DNA of 64,000 bases, from assembly GCA_965153285.1 (NCBI GenBank), contig OZ229113.1. One strand, given 5' to 3'. A model generated the notes under the pieces. It made no database searches and was not told the origin of the DNA. It worked only from the letters and a program-made list of their open reading frames with translations. The translations under genes were made by a program, and so were the position numbers. Of the stretch, positions 25,716-39,219 are shown piece by piece. This stretch comes from Podarcis tiliguerta. Taxonomy: Eukaryota. The stretch's first letter is position 1; each line of letters starts with the position of its first letter.

Positions 25716-26519
25716 AAAATGTATTACAAATACATTACAACTTCTAGTAACATTCATTGTAAAAAAATCAAATCCAAAGTATACACTGGGACCCCTGAGA
25801 TGTCTCATCATTTGGAGCTTGGTATGTAACAACAGAATGAATCACAGCTCAACTAATTAGATAGATACATAACACCCCTGCTTTAAGAATGCCCAACATA
25901 ATTAATACAAACTTCACTATGTTTGCAAGAAGGCTTGTCTTCCTGTAGTCCACTTATGCTCTTTAAGTATACATAAAGTCTTGCTGCTGCTGCTGCTCAT
26001 TTTCTGTTTCCTCCCATCTGTTTATTCTCTGATACTCCAGTCCCTTGTCACTTCTCTTTGTCCTCCTCCTGTGTTCCTTTCATTTTTACAGCTTCTGCAA
26101 ATACCCGGTCTCTTTCCTTCTCTAAATGGGCAGGTGGCAAACCAGCTGGCATCAGAATGCAAAAGTCAAAGCAACATAGGATGTCAACATCAGAAAGTAG
26201 GTATCAAAAGGTAAAGACGGTGACATGAGGGAAATCAGTAGGATGAGATAAAGAATGGAATTTACCGTAAATATGCAGCCACAGGAAGCATCAGCTAACT
26301 AACTGGTGGAGAACTTCCTAAATCTGATTCCTGCATTTTGACTAAATGGTTATTTGCATCATTTAAATGTTATACAATTAGCTAACAGGAATATTTTATT
26401 TTTAACGGGGCTTCAAACAGAAGTCAATGGATAAAGGATTTTCTTTTCTTTTCTTTTCAACAGGGCTTCTAGTGTTGAAAATGGTTTGCTAGAATGGCAG
26501 CTCACATGGTTTATTGATT

Positions 26520-26759
26520 AACTACAAGAAAGAAGATTCCACCTAAACATTAGGAAGAACTTCCTGACAGTAAGAGCTGTTCGACAGTGGAATTTGCTGC
26601 CAAGGAGTGTGGTGGAGTCTCCTTCTTTGGAGGTCTTTAAGCAGAGGCTTGACAACCATATGTCAGGAGTGCTCTGATGGTGTTTCCTGCTTGGCAGGGG
26701 GTTGGACTCGATGGCCCTTGTGGTGTCTTCCAACTCTATGATTCTATGATTCTATGATT
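26520..26759 (+). mobile_element. young CR1 LINE 3' end
   Basis: [40 protein letters not shown], then 3' UTR and ATTCTATG octamer repeats. Confidence 0.95.
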
Positions 26760-26901
26760 GCATCTGTTGGACAATGAACCCAAATTATGTTAGCAGCTGA
26801 AAATGTAAAGGATGAATGAAGAATAATGTTATAGGATGAAGAATAAGTTGATAAGAATAAAGTTCACTGCTCCACCTTATAAAAACGGAGGTTTGGGAGG
26901 A

Positions 26902-27137
26902 GTTTGGATTTGATATCCCGCTTTATCACTACCCTAGGGAGTCTCAAAGCAGCTAACATTCTCCTTCCCCTTCCTCCCCCACAACAAACACTCTGTGAAG
27001 TGAGTGGGGCTGAGAGACTTCAAAGAAGTGTGACTAGCCCACGGTCACCCAGCAGCTGCATGTGGAGGAGCGGGGAAGTGAACCCGGTTCCCCAGATTAT
27101 GAGTCTATCGCTCTTAACCACTACACCACACCGGCTC
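26902..27137 (-). mobile_element. tRNA-derived SINE (Squam3-like), near full length
   Basis: Minus strand GAGCCGGTGTGGTGTAGTGGTTAAGAG (A box), CCGGGTTCACTTCCCC (B box), MIR-like core, L2-type tail. Confidence 0.88.
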
Positions 27138-28377
27138 TGGGCAGTGCAAATCTGGGAGGGCAAAATCTATAACACAGAGCTAGAATTCCACCAGGCACAG
27201 CCAGAGCACATCTCCAGTAGCAGCAGCAGGTGTATCTGAAACTACAAGATTATGTAAGTTATAAGAAATACAATGAGTAAAGTTTTATAAACATATTTTG
27301 TAAAGAGCTTTGAAAAGTAGAAACAAGAAGCCTGAGAGCAGGCAATAGCTGTGCAAAACAGAGATATGCTGCAATTACTATTTTGGCCAAAACTGGGGTG
27401 GGAGTAGGTATTGATATTCTGCAAGCAACTGAGAATTTTGAAGAAGTATCTGGGCAAAGAAAAAAGGGCAGCATTTGAACAGGGAGGTGGATTTTCTGTG
27501 GCAATCTGTTACCTGGTTCCAGGAAAATGTGGCTTAAAATGGATCTCCACCCTCAGAGCATGTCTTTTCAGATTACACTTTGTCACTGGCTTCTTCGTTG
27601 GTCCTCAAGCACAGTCAGCACCAGTGCAGCTTAAATCACCAACTTAAAGGCAGGAAGAAAAGGAAAATTTCTTTACAGAAAGGGGAAAACAATGCCAAAA
27701 CAACAAGAACAAAGCTATTTGATTTACTTTCCAAAACATGATTTAATCGCCTTCAAAAATGTGATTTCTGAACTTGCATTCCCAGAAAAAAATAGACATT
27801 TGAAAGATCAGTTAAAAGCAACACTACTATCACTCATATTTATAAGTATTATTGGATGATCATTGTTTGATAAGATTAACCAATGAGCTGGAAAATACAC
27901 ACAGCAGCTGAAAAAGGAACTAAAAGCTGTTCACGAATCCTTTCATTTTTCACCCACTGCATCCTTCGCATAAACCATCAATCAGCACAGCCATGTTGTG
28001 CCTTGAGGGAGCGTCAGTAGGGGATATATGTGTGCTCAAGCAATGCTTGTAAGATTACAACTCACGATAAAGTTGTGAGAGTTCGCAACTCCATTTCCTT
28101 TCTTTTTGTCCACTTGTCAGTCTCAACACGGTACACAAACTTGGGTCTAAAGTTTATTTTCAGTTGAGCTTCTCAACTGACCAATACCTGCAAAGGAATA
28201 CTGCAAACAGTATACGATAACCATTAACCTTAGAAACCTATGAAAGTGATAAAGCTATACAGTACTTTCTCAGGCTGGGCCTGAAAATTATTTTCAGAGA
28301 TAAAGTTTGGTTTGAAGACTTTCCTTGAAAATGTAAGCCAAACAGGCAAATGTAATGGTATGCAATTTAATACACTC

Positions 28378-28600
28378 TGGTTGTATCCACACCATAAATT
28401 TAAATCCCTTTTATGCCACTTGGATGGGCATGGCTTCCGTCAAAGAATCCTAGCAACTGCAGTTTGTGAAGGGTGATGAGAGTTGTTAGGAGACCCATCA
28501 CAGAAGTACAAACCCTTAACAAACTACAGTTCCCATGATTCTTTGGGGGAGGCCATGGCTGTTAGAATGGTAAAAATATTTGAAATGTAAGGTTTGGGTA
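28378..28600. mobile_element. palindromic Harbinger-type MITE, decayed
   Basis: Inverted arms CATGGCTTCC..AAAGAATCCTAGCAACTGCAGTTTG / CAAACTACAGTTCCCATGATTCTTTGGGGGAGGCCATG. Confidence 0.65.
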
Positions 28601-28612
28601 AGATTATAAGTA

Positions 28613-28839
28613 CAGTGGTACATCGGGTTACAGACGCTTCAGGTTACAGATGCTTCAGGTTACAAACTCCGCTAACCCAGAAATAGTACCTCGGGTTAAG
28701 AATTTTGCTTCAGGATGAGAACAGAAATCGTGTGGCAGCGGCGCAGCAGCAGCAGCAGGAGGCCCATTAGCTAAAGTGGTAGCTCAGGTTAAGAACAGAC
28801 CTCCAGAACAAATTAAGTTCTTAACCCAGAGCACCACTG
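28613..28839 (-). mobile_element. pogo/Tigger-type MITE, family A
   Basis: Reverse-orientation homologue of 7819-8044; TA on left, TG on right. Confidence 0.92.
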
Positions 28840-30029
28840 TGGTAGTTATGGGAGCAGAGCAGTTAAACCTGAAGTTTTATGTGTCTATAAGATTAGTTAT
28901 GTGAGGTCAGAATACATAACTAGTCAATTCATCATTTTTTTATCCTTGATTCTGAAGTCTGTTTCTATAGTCACTCAACATGAAAATTAACAGAGCAAGG
29001 CAAAGATTTTTACATTTATTTAGAAAATGGTAACTCCTCTCAGCTTGAAGTCAATGAGGCAGATAGTATGCTCAGAGAATACATTAAACAAAACATCTAT
29101 CAGTTCAGAGAGTAATATCAGTTGCAAAATGTACATTTAAACTTCATAAGATAAAATTATAAGTTATGAAGCAGGAAATCTAACTGCATAATATCTATCT
29201 TTTACTTCAATATCATATCAATGCAGTTATCTTCCTGAAACACATTTCAGTTCAGTTCAGTTCTTATCCAGTTCCCGTATTTTGTCTTTCCGTGTTCCTT
29301 TACTGATGGTACACAAAGAAATTACAGGAGATTTCATGTTCTTCCTCAAAGTTGTATTAGTTGTATTAAATTTATAAACTACTTAACAGCCTGAAGATAT
29401 TGAAGTGGATTACAGCAAGATAAAACTGAAATAAAATGCATAAAGTGCAAATTCTATAAAACAATACAATTTCTAAAAATTCTAAGATAAGAAGGCCATT
29501 CCTACAAGGTTGATAAACATTTAAACCATATCTAGGGATGTGCCACTAATATTCCATAAATATTCTAGAATTAGCCTCAACAGTCGTTTATGGACTCACT
29601 CTTAAGACCATCTTCATGGAAGACAATCTTACGCGGCTATGAATGATCGCCAAAGAAGAGGAGGAGGAGGAAAATGACTGGTCACACCTCAGGGAAAGTA
29701 ATTTTAACTAAAACATATTCAATAAGTGCCTAAACATCATGAGGCTAGGTGCCTGTTCAATTTCAGCTGGCAATTCCAGAGGTTTGGGGTACAACACTAT
29801 AAGACCAATTTCTACTACAAACTAAGCACACCTCTGGGACAAACTGTACTCTTAGCTGTGCTCCATCCGAGGAATGCAGTTGCCAGACAGGATTACCGGT
29901 ATATGGGGCAAGGTGGTCCTTCAGGTATTTTTTTGCCTGTGGGCGGGTATTTCTGAATCCATTGCTGTTGCTTGAGGGTCAGGCAGCCGCAGTGGCTTCA
30001 ATCCTATATGAACAGGGATAGCCTAATTT

Positions 30030-30672
30030 CTGTTGTCTGTGCTCTGGTAATTCTGGGTTAGCTCACTGCAATGCATTATATATGGGTCTGCCTCTGAAGA
30101 TGGTTTGGAAACTTCAGCTGGTGCAGAAATCTGCAGCCAGGTTGTTCATCGAGGCAAGACAGTTTGAACATATTACACCAACCCTGCCCTGACTACATTT
30201 GCCGCCAATTAGTTTCTGGACCCAATTCAAAGTGCTGGTTTTGCCCTATCAAGCCTTTAAATGGCCCAGGACCATAATACCCCAAGCGCCACTGCTCCTC
30301 ATATAACTTGACATGGACACTGTGATCAACATCTGAGACTCTTCTTTGTGTGCCCCCTCCATGAGAGACCTAGAGGGTGGAAACATGACAACAGTCCATT
30401 TTCTGCAATGGCTCCCCACTTGGGGAATGCTCTTCCTGAGAAGGCTTGCCTGGCACCCTCATTACACATCTTAAGATGTCAGGTGAAAACATTCTTCTTT
30501 AGCATTTGGCCTTTGGCTCATCAAGCAATTTATGGCCTTTGGAATGTGTCAGGCCGAGTATTGTTTTTTGCTATTATGTTCTGCATTTTGGTTTTTTATT
30601 TTGCATTTTTGTGTTGTAAACCATCCTGTGATCACTGGATGAAGGGCGGTATATAACAAACAAACAAACAAA
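30030..30672 (+). mobile_element. L2 LINE 3' fragment
   Basis: CNALYMGLPLKMVWKLQLVQKSAARL...QFKVLVL; tail GGATGAAGGGCGGTATA(CAAA)n. Confidence 0.9.
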
Positions 30673-30731
30673 ATGATATGTGCAGACCACAAATCTTTAT
30701 ATGACAAGTCTGTAAGGAATGATTTGAAATA

Positions 30732-31089
30732 CAGTGGTGCCTCGCAAGACGAAATTAATCTGTTCCGCGAGTCTCTTCGTCTAGCGGTTTTTTCATCTTG
30801 CGAAGCAACCCTATTAGCGGATTAGCGCTATTAGCAGTTTAGCGGCTACTAGCGGCTATTAAAGGCTTAAGGGATTAGCGGATTAGCTGCTAAAAGGCTA
30901 TTAGCAGCTTAGCGCCTTAGAAAAAGGGGATGGGGAGCGAAAAAAACCCTCAAGAATCGCAAGACATTTTCGTCTTGCGAAGCAAGCCCATAGAGAAATT
31001 CGTCCTGCGAAGCACCTCTGAAAACGGAAAACCCTTTCGTCTAGAGGGTTTTCCGTCTTGCGAGGCATTCGTCTTGCGGGGCACCACTG
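30732..31089. mobile_element. pogo/Tigger-type MITE, family B
   Basis: 22-bp TIR CAGTGGTGCCTCGCAAGACGAA (1 mismatch), TA TSD, many intact CpGs. Confidence 0.93.
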
Positions 31090-31928
31090 TAAGTATTCAG
31101 AACATGCTATTTACTTCTTTTTTAAAATACATGTCAGCAAAGACAATCAACAATCACTTGCATTGTTTCAGGTATCTATTAAAAGGTATGAGGAAACCAA
31201 ATAATTTCCCCTCCTGACCATCCTAGTATGAACTCCAGTCTGAATGGTGGGTGCATTTTAACACCATGCATGTTAACTTTGCAGCAAAGCCATCATATTT
31301 TGAAGGCTGGAAGATCTTCTCAGTGCAAACCGTTCAAATTTCTTTTCTATGCTGCCACCAAAAAGCAAAGAGTGTAAGCATGTAATTTCCCTATCTGTCC
31401 TGGGAAATCAAAATGTATGTACCCCCCCCCCTTTTGCCCCATTTCATTTGTGTCTCTTTTCTACTTTCTGATTTCTTTTTTTCATCCGTTGATTCATGGC
31501 ATTGGGAGCACATTGAAGATACACAGTGGCTAGGAGGTCTGTTCTGATTAATGCTCTCCCTTCATATGGGGCAGATGGCAAGACACTTGTTATCTTGATC
31601 AATTCATTAAATCTGCCATATGGGACAGGTGGCTATCTTTCTTTTATCACATTGGGGAATACGGGGACAGCATCATTGCTGGGAGACCAACACAATGTAC
31701 CAAACAGGCTCAGAGATTAAAGAATCAATGACTTGTTTGGGAGAGGAGCAATGATGGCTGGCATCATTCTACAAGCTTCTTCAAAAAGCCATTTGGCACC
31801 TGAAGGAACACAAGAAAGATTTTTAGATACGATAAAAAGAAGAAGAAGAAGATTCTGTTATTTTTCTCCAGATAAAGTAAGAGTTTTACTAGAGTGTAGT
31901 AAGAGATACACTGCAAGAAAAAACAAGA

Positions 31929-32101
31929 NNNNNNNNNNNNNNNNNNNNNNNNNNNNNNNNNNNNNNNNNNNNNNNNNNNNNNNNNNNNNNNNNNNNNNNN
32001 NNNNNNNNNNNNNNNNNNNNNNNNNNNNNNNNNNNNNNNNNNNNNNNNNNNNNNNNNNNNNNNNNNNNNNNNNNNNNNNNNNNNNNNNNNNNNNNNNNNN
32101 N
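31929..32101. other. assembly gap
   Basis: Run of N. Confidence 1.
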
Positions 32102-32386
32102 ACTCTTAACATACTTATTTTTTTCTAATCTTTAGGTGCCTCCAGACTGTCACTATTTTGTGGGTCAGATTCAGCTGTATACCAGAAATATAGGTTTGCA
32201 CAGTGAGAACATGGATTAAGCTCCTCTGCCACTCTAGCCACAAATTCACTTTTTTAAAAAATAAAATAACTTTTGTGGTTAGGAAAATGATGAGCAAATC
32301 CACTGAAAAATGTGGGAGAAACAACTGGCTAATGGGAATGTTCTTTCTGTTTCCCCCACCTCTTCTGTTCTACCATGACCTTCTAT

Positions 32387-32900
32387 TGTTAGGGACTAAC
32401 TGGACACTGAGGAGTTGTGACTAGAGTCTGAAAAGTGGGCACTGGGAGAAGGTGGGTTGGAGACTGGCTTGGAGGATGGGATCAGTGAACTGGGAAACCT
32501 GTAACAGCCAGGAGATTACATTCAGGAGAAGCTGCAGGATTGGAGAGTGAAGAACAGGTGCAGGTGGAGGCAGAGCTATGTCAAGTTGGTGGAGAGTCAA
32601 GGGCTTCCAAACTTCCTCTTCCTCCTGCCCCCACCTCTCCTGCTCCACTGTCTCCCAGGACCAGGTGATGATTGAAGAGGGAGGAGCAGAACCAGGTTAC
32701 ACACAGGCACAATCTTCATCTGTTTTCTTGAAGCTCGGATCGGGAAGATACATAAACCAAGGTTGGGGACTAGCATCTGTCTCATCCAGGTGTACCCCTA
32801 TAGGCAGCTGAGAGATGTAGGACTGATGGATATGCCTTTTTCTAACTTATAAGTGTACTTTTGACAATAAAACCTCCTTGAGTACTTTTGACTGACTGAT
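32387..32900 (+). mobile_element. possible solo LTR (Gypsy-like), old
   Basis: Starts TGTTAGGG, purine-rich body, AATAAA near 32866; right boundary and TSD not resolved. Confidence 0.35.
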
Positions 32901-35259
32901 CTTTGTCTTTGGCTGGAGAGAAGGCACTGTGGTAGGGGGAGAGTGCCCACCCCATGCCTCACTCCTCCAAATAAACATGCGCTCTCTTTCCATTCCATGG
33001 ACCAATTTCTCTCTTGCCATTGCACTTTGGCTTACAAGCCGTAGACTGAAGCTGCTCCCTTGCAAAGCTGGGAGCCTGCCTATCAGGAGGCATCTGCGCA
33101 TGCAGCATGGAACTTGAGTGGGACACTGTGAGGTAGTGGCTTGATAGAGGTTTGGGAAGTAAGCAAAAGTAAGATGCCATGAACTGGAGAAGAGAGATGC
33201 TGTGGTGAAGCAAGGGAGGGAAATGAAGTGGGGCAGAGGAAAAGCAAGGGGTAGAAGATGGTGAAGGGAAAAGGGCAAGTTGAATGCTTGCCTGCATGGA
33301 GAATAGAAAGGGGTGTGTGAATATGAGGAAACTGGCCCAGGTAGAAGGAGTCCCTCCTGAAGTCCAATTTCCTTTTTCCATTTCATCTCCCTTACTTCAC
33401 CACATACTTTCCCTCTAGTGATGCCTGTGAGCTGTGCAGTCTTTTAAAGGGAAGATTCTTGTTTTCTTTTAAAGAAATCCACGTGGAAAAGACCATAAGG
33501 TATGTCCTACCATGGACTTTTTTTTCAGATCAGGCAGCCCAGGAGACTTCACAGGGCTTGGGAAATGTTTAATGAAACACACACACGGCCACCCCACAAT
33601 GATAAATGAAGATGGATATTGCACACCCACCAAAATATGAAGAACTTCTAAAGCATTCCCAGAATGAGGCAGAAAAGCTGAAACCTTTTTTTGTAGGGGA
33701 AGAAATTATTGGAGGCACCAGAAGACATGTTTCCGCATATCTCTAACAGACACAGATAAAAAGTGGATGGGCCTTTCCCGCTTGCTTTCACTATACTTAT
33801 TCATAGCTGCTCTGTGTTCTGGTAACTGTCGTGACTTTCAGAGCCTCAAATGCATTGCCATGGACTTTGACTGTCCAAAGCCAACAGTTAGAACACTATA
33901 ATTATGTGTGTAGGGGTTTATTTATGGAGGTGGGGTGAATTATGGAGCTTTGATGGATTGCGGCTATCCATTTTACCGGTTTTGCATTTCTCACACAAAA
34001 CAAAACAACAGACACCACCGCAACACTTCATAAACTTCCTGCACATTTCAGTCCTATAGGAAACAAATACTTCTGTTGTTATGAGAGCAGACGGTCAGAA
34101 TAAAAGCTGAAACACATCACAATCAAAGCTCAGCTGAATCACTTGAAGGCATTCCCAGAAAGTATTAGTACCATCTCCATTAAGCAGCAGCCATTTCTAT
34201 TAAAAATCACCAAGCTTGAATAAGCTCCCTAAGGGAGCATCTTCCTCATAAATAGATTTTCTAATTAAACATGCCTTAATTGGCATGTACTGTGTTTTGA
34301 ACAATTGGAACATAGGAATCTGCTCAGATTAGCCCCATTTCTGCTGCTAAATATCATTCGAATTTGAACAATTTTTAACTAAAGGCATTTAGCCCGTCAT
34401 CTAGAATGAATTTGCTCTTATTAAAATGTGCCAACTCTAATATATAAGCCTTCTAGGGACAATATTAGATTCCACCACTCATAAAAACAAAACAGTAACT
34501 GAGTGCTATTAAGACTCAGGGTAAAACCAGTTGTTTTCCTTTGGTTACCTTTTCTGCTTTCACACCAGCTCTAATATGTCTGTGTAGCAACTGAGCTGTA
34601 TCTGGTTCTCACTGTTTTATTTTCTTTGATGGTTTCTTTAAGCAACAGAAATTGTTGTTTAACAAATAATCTAATCCCACCTCCTCCAGTGCATAACTTC
34701 TCTTAAGATCCTAAGGGACAGATTTCATTTTATTAGGGATTAAAACTCAAATATTTCAAATAAACACCCAAACACTCTCTGAATGGCATGCAAACCCTTT
34801 TGTTCTGTAATGTTATATGCCAGCCAGCTGATTTTCATTTATCAAATTATCTCGGCAAATATAAGTGCTAACTGTAGCTTGCGGTGATATGTTTTGAGCC
34901 ATTTCTGCTAATTTTTGTTCTTTAAAAAGCAGCCTATTTCATTTCTTTTCTGAGTCAGCTGTCCAAATAAATGGTGCACAAAGATGCCCTGAAAAATATT
35001 CATTTTGCTTGTCAAACTCTAATGTGCAGTCACCATTATTCTTTCAAATCTTTTCAAAAGGAACAAATATTCTTCAGCTGCCTTGTCTGGTTGGCTTCCC
35101 ACCATTAAAAAAATGTTTTGTGGTTCAAAGTTGTTCCTCCACTACCCCATTTGCATGAATATTGAAGCCTCTGCTCCAAAGCACCAGCACTATTTCTTTT
35201 GCTTTGGACAGCAGTTATTTCATTGATAAATATTTTAAAGAGTATATTCAGACACCTTA

Positions 35260-35532
35260 TTCCCAAGAGGTAGTGATAGCAACCATCTTGAGTGGCTTTA
35301 AAAGAGGATTAGACAAATTCATGGAGGATACTTATCCAGGCTAGCAATGACTAAAAGCCACAAAGACTATGTTCCAGCTCCACTGTTGCAGTATACCTTT
35401 GAATACCAGTTGCTGGGAATTACAGGGAGAGAGAGGGTTGTTGTGCTCAGGTTGTTCTTGTAGGCTTCCTGTGGCCATCTGGGTGGCCACTGTGAGAAGT
35501 CCTGGACTAGTTGGGTTCTTCTTATGATCTTA
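35260..35532 (+). mobile_element. CR1 LINE 3' end
   Basis: QEVVIATILSGFKRGLDKFMED plus 3' UTR ending TTCTTATG. Confidence 0.88.
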
Positions 35533-36606
35533 TAATCATGAGTAAATACAAGAAGTAAACAGGAGGAGTGGAGATGAGCATTCTAGCTCCAACCCAACAT
35601 CTTCACAAGTTGGAAAACAATCATCTGCATTGGGAAAACTTCTCTACTTTTGTGGGGTCACTGTGTGATGTAGAACTCCAGAAAATTAGGACTCCATATT
35701 ATATATGATGAGTCTCCGTGAGGATACGCGGTTCCTTGTGTCACACGGTTTCCCTCCAACTCATGGAGGTCAATAAGGACATCTCCTAAGGCTGCTTATG
35801 AAACTGATGATATACATCAGTCTCACAATGGTGGGCTTTTCTTATACTACTGATCTCTCTCTCTGCTCAGACAGCAACTTATCTCTATCCATACCCCTGT
35901 CTTCCAGACATGGTCTTTTCTTTCAGACAGAATCTATGTTCTCTTCAGAACATTTTTCTTCAAACAAACAAGTTTTCAGCTGTCACTTTTCCCTTTCCCT
36001 TTCAAGGCTCTGTTGTCTGCTCCTCTCTAAATTCTCTAGTTGCTATGGCAACCAAAAGTAGTTATCAGCCTGCCTTTCAGCCTAGGTTAGCTTTTAATTG
36101 GCCACTTCTCACACAGGTATTTCCTGCACCAAGGGTTCTCACATCAGAATGACCCCTTTCAGTGTAGACATATCTCTTTTTCCTTTTTGAGCACAAGTTC
36201 TCTTCAGGCAACATTGCTCATGCATTCAGTGAGCATGTGAGCAGTGAGCAGGGCTGTGCTGATGAGTCCTGCCAACCCAGCCTACCACTTGTGAATTCAG
36301 TGGACATCTGGAAATGGTATGCCATCATGTGTAGGTGTTCATGCGATCAGGAACCCACATGACCAGGGTTCTTAGGTATGTGGCAATATTTGCATGTACA
36401 GCCATATAGTCAAAAGTTTCTCTTTTGTAGATGTTCCTTCTGAGGGTGGGGACACTTGGAGGCAGGGAATGTGATGCCCTTCAGTCAATTTTTTATTGTT
36501 TCCAGACATTGGCCATTACAATACTTATGCACCCACAAAGCAAGATAACAGTCAAAGAGTTAGAACACCAATCCTCAGACCTGCAAATTAACAAAACTAA
36601 TTATAT

Positions 36607-36629
36607 TAGTAGTAGTAGTAGTAGTAGTA
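36607..36629. repeat. (TAG)n microsatellite beside a short minus-strand L2-type tail
   Basis: 7 TAG units followed by CCCCGCCTATCT. Confidence 0.85.
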
Positions 36630-37634
36630 CCCCGCCTATCTAAGTGGGTTGCTCCAGCGTAATAGAAGAAGGGAATAGACAAAGAAGAGGAACCTTCAAG
36701 TAGTTCACAAGGATACCAATATATCAGGTCAAAACAGTTTTTCAGGAACAGACCAAACATAATAAAATACCTGCATGCTAACATAACAGCATGAAGGTCA
36801 AACAAGGGGAAACTGAGAGGTATGGCACAGAGGGAAAAAATGATATAAGGAGAAGAACTACCTGACTGGCTGGTAAGCATAGTGATTTAAACCCTATTAG
36901 CAGTAGGTGAAGAAGGAAAGCCAGGATTCAGAAAGCAATGAATAAGCCATGAAATGAGAAAATGAAGAAGGGAAATTTGAATAGGCTCCCATTTGAAATC
37001 CATTGTCTGTGAGCTGCACCACACAAGATGAATCTCCTATGCAGATATCAGCTCTAGGTAACGCAAGAAACTGTCATTGTTATGGGTGACAGGTCTATGC
37101 ACGAAACTTTTGCTACATATGGATGCCATAGGAACCTGCCAATTAATGACTGCAGCTTCTCTCCAAGCTTCCATGTAGCAGAGTAAGACACATTTGTTCA
37201 TTCCCTGTGAAAGTGTGTAACCAGGGCATACTCAAGTTTCTGCACAGAAATAAGAATATGTTTCTTTTGCAAATCTGAGCTCGTCAGAATTAAGGGAGTT
37301 GAATTAATTGATTAAACAGGATAAACAGAAGATATTCAGAAATACCTTCAGAACTGTCATATGCATTACAGCTTGCTGTGGGTTCTTGTTTTACTGTGAA
37401 TACTCTGTTCAGGAACATTTTGGGGGGGGGGATCCCAGAATGTCAGATTTCTCTAAGCCTCTCCATTATGAACTCTCCCTGCATTATAACACAGAAACAA
37501 ACTTAACCCCTACCACCAGTTGAATGTTTTCAAATGTCCAATCACCAACCTGGGTATGAGTTTGGTTTTAAAGGTTATGAGATATTAAAGACCAGAAATA
37601 TTCCACATTTATCCACTGTTAGTTATGTTCTCTA

Positions 37635-37991
37635 GGGACGCGGGTGGCGCTGTGGGTAAAAGCCTCAGTGCCTAGGGCTTGCCGATCGAAAGGTCGGCGG
37701 TTCGAATCCCCGTGGCGGGGTGCGCTCCCGTTGCTCTGTCCCAGCGCCTGCCAACCTAGCAGTTCAAAAGTACCCCCAGGTGCAAGTAGATAAATAGGGA
37801 CCGCTTACTAGCGGGAAGGTAAACGGTGTTTCCGTGTGCGGCTCTGGCTCGCCAGAGCAGCGATGTCACGCTGGCCACGTGACCCGGAAGTGTCTCCGGA
37901 CAGCGCTGGCCCCCGGCCTCTTGAGTGAGATGGGCGCACAACCCTAGAGTCTGTCAAGACTGGCCCGTACGGGCAGGGGTACCTTTACCTT
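37635..37991 (+). mobile_element. full-length young Sauria SINE (Squam1)
   Basis: A box GGTGGCGCTGTGG, B box GGTTCGAATCC, ACCTTT tail, perfect 15-bp TSD TTAGTTATGTTCTCT at 37619-37633 and 37992-38006. Confidence 0.97.
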
Positions 37992-38059
37992 TTAGTTATG
38001 TTCTCTGAATATGATGTGCCATTGTCAACATCTTTGTCCAAAAATGTTCAAAGCTGGAC

Positions 38060-38350
38060 CACCAGCCGTAGCTGGAAATAGGTAATCTTAGCCACCAAGG
38101 CCATTTGAGCTTCCAGTCATAATGCTGCATCCAGGATTATCCCCAAGCTCTGAGCCTGCTTTCCAGAGAAGTACAGCCCAATTTAGGACAGGCTGTCTCC
38201 CCACCCCCTGGACATGAGAACTCAGGACACATAACATCTCTGTCTTTTCTGGATTCAGCTTCAATTTATTGTCCCACATCCAGTCCATCAGCACCTCCAA
38301 GCATTGGTCTAAGGCCACAACTGATTCAGAAGGAGTAAAGAGTGATATTC
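38060..38350 (-). mobile_element. L2 LINE RT-domain fragment
   Basis: LDQCLEVLMDWMWDNKLKLNPEKTEML. Confidence 0.85.
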
Positions 38351-39219
38351 CTTTGTTCCACATTTTCTGATGACAGCTCCCAGTAACTTAAGATAGCTGT
38401 TAAACAGGAAAACAGTGATTACAAACAGTAATACAGCACAGCTTTGTGCTGCATTTAGCACAGATAAAAAGTTCTTAAATGCTGCAGTGCAGCATATTTC
38501 ATTTGCTAATCCAACTGTATGCAGCCAATTTGAGTTTCAAACTATTTTATTTGTAGAGAAAGAAAACCAAAGTTTGCATTTAATAATGCCCCCCGCCACA
38601 GGTTTATAGCAAAATCATTCTCCCATTATTTTCTGGAGAGAATTTGAAGGCTCTCTGGAAATATCCCACAGATATCTCTGTGTGTGATGGGTCCTTAATG
38701 TTGATTTGTTCTAAAGCAAGATGTTGATAAAGAATCCCTGCTGAAATATGTCATTTTCTGAAAAGGAAAATGTCAAACATCCCTTTTCCCTTCTTCTCAG
38801 AAAACTCTGTGGGGCTGACTGTAAACTCAGTGGTAATTTCTGTACACAAATTTCAGTTGCTGTTTGGGTGACCACAAACAGGAAATTGATGTGTGTCATC
38901 AATATATACTTTTATTTTAAATATATCTGCGGTCAATTTAGACAGCAGGCACCTCATGATAAAGACTTGTCTTAAATCTACAGAGGTCTTCCATGAACAG
39001 GGTACCAACTAATTTAAAGTCTCCATCCCATTCAAAAACCACTTAAATGGCACATTCTTTAAAAACAAACATACCATGGCTGAATCATGTGAACAAAGAA
39101 AACAGAGAAGAAACTACTTCATAACATTTCCCCCCTCAAATTTAGACAGAATTGATTTGAAGCATTGCTATTCCAGATATGAAATCAATGTAATCCTCCA
39201 AGTTTTTCCCCCGTCTATG

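Noticed and set aside
31733-32128. ORFs of 84-131 aa spanning the first gap
   Set aside because: Length is an artefact of the N run
32847-33386. 179-aa and 140-aa minus ORFs
   Set aside because: Pyrimidine-rich low-complexity strand is open in all three frames; no domain recognised
33475-33499. 25-nt plus-strand exon candidate
   Set aside because: AAG acceptor, not frame-preserving, no partner exons identified
37640-37712. tRNA-like A and B boxes
   Set aside because: SINE head, not a tRNA gene; followed by Sauria SINE body, tail and TSD
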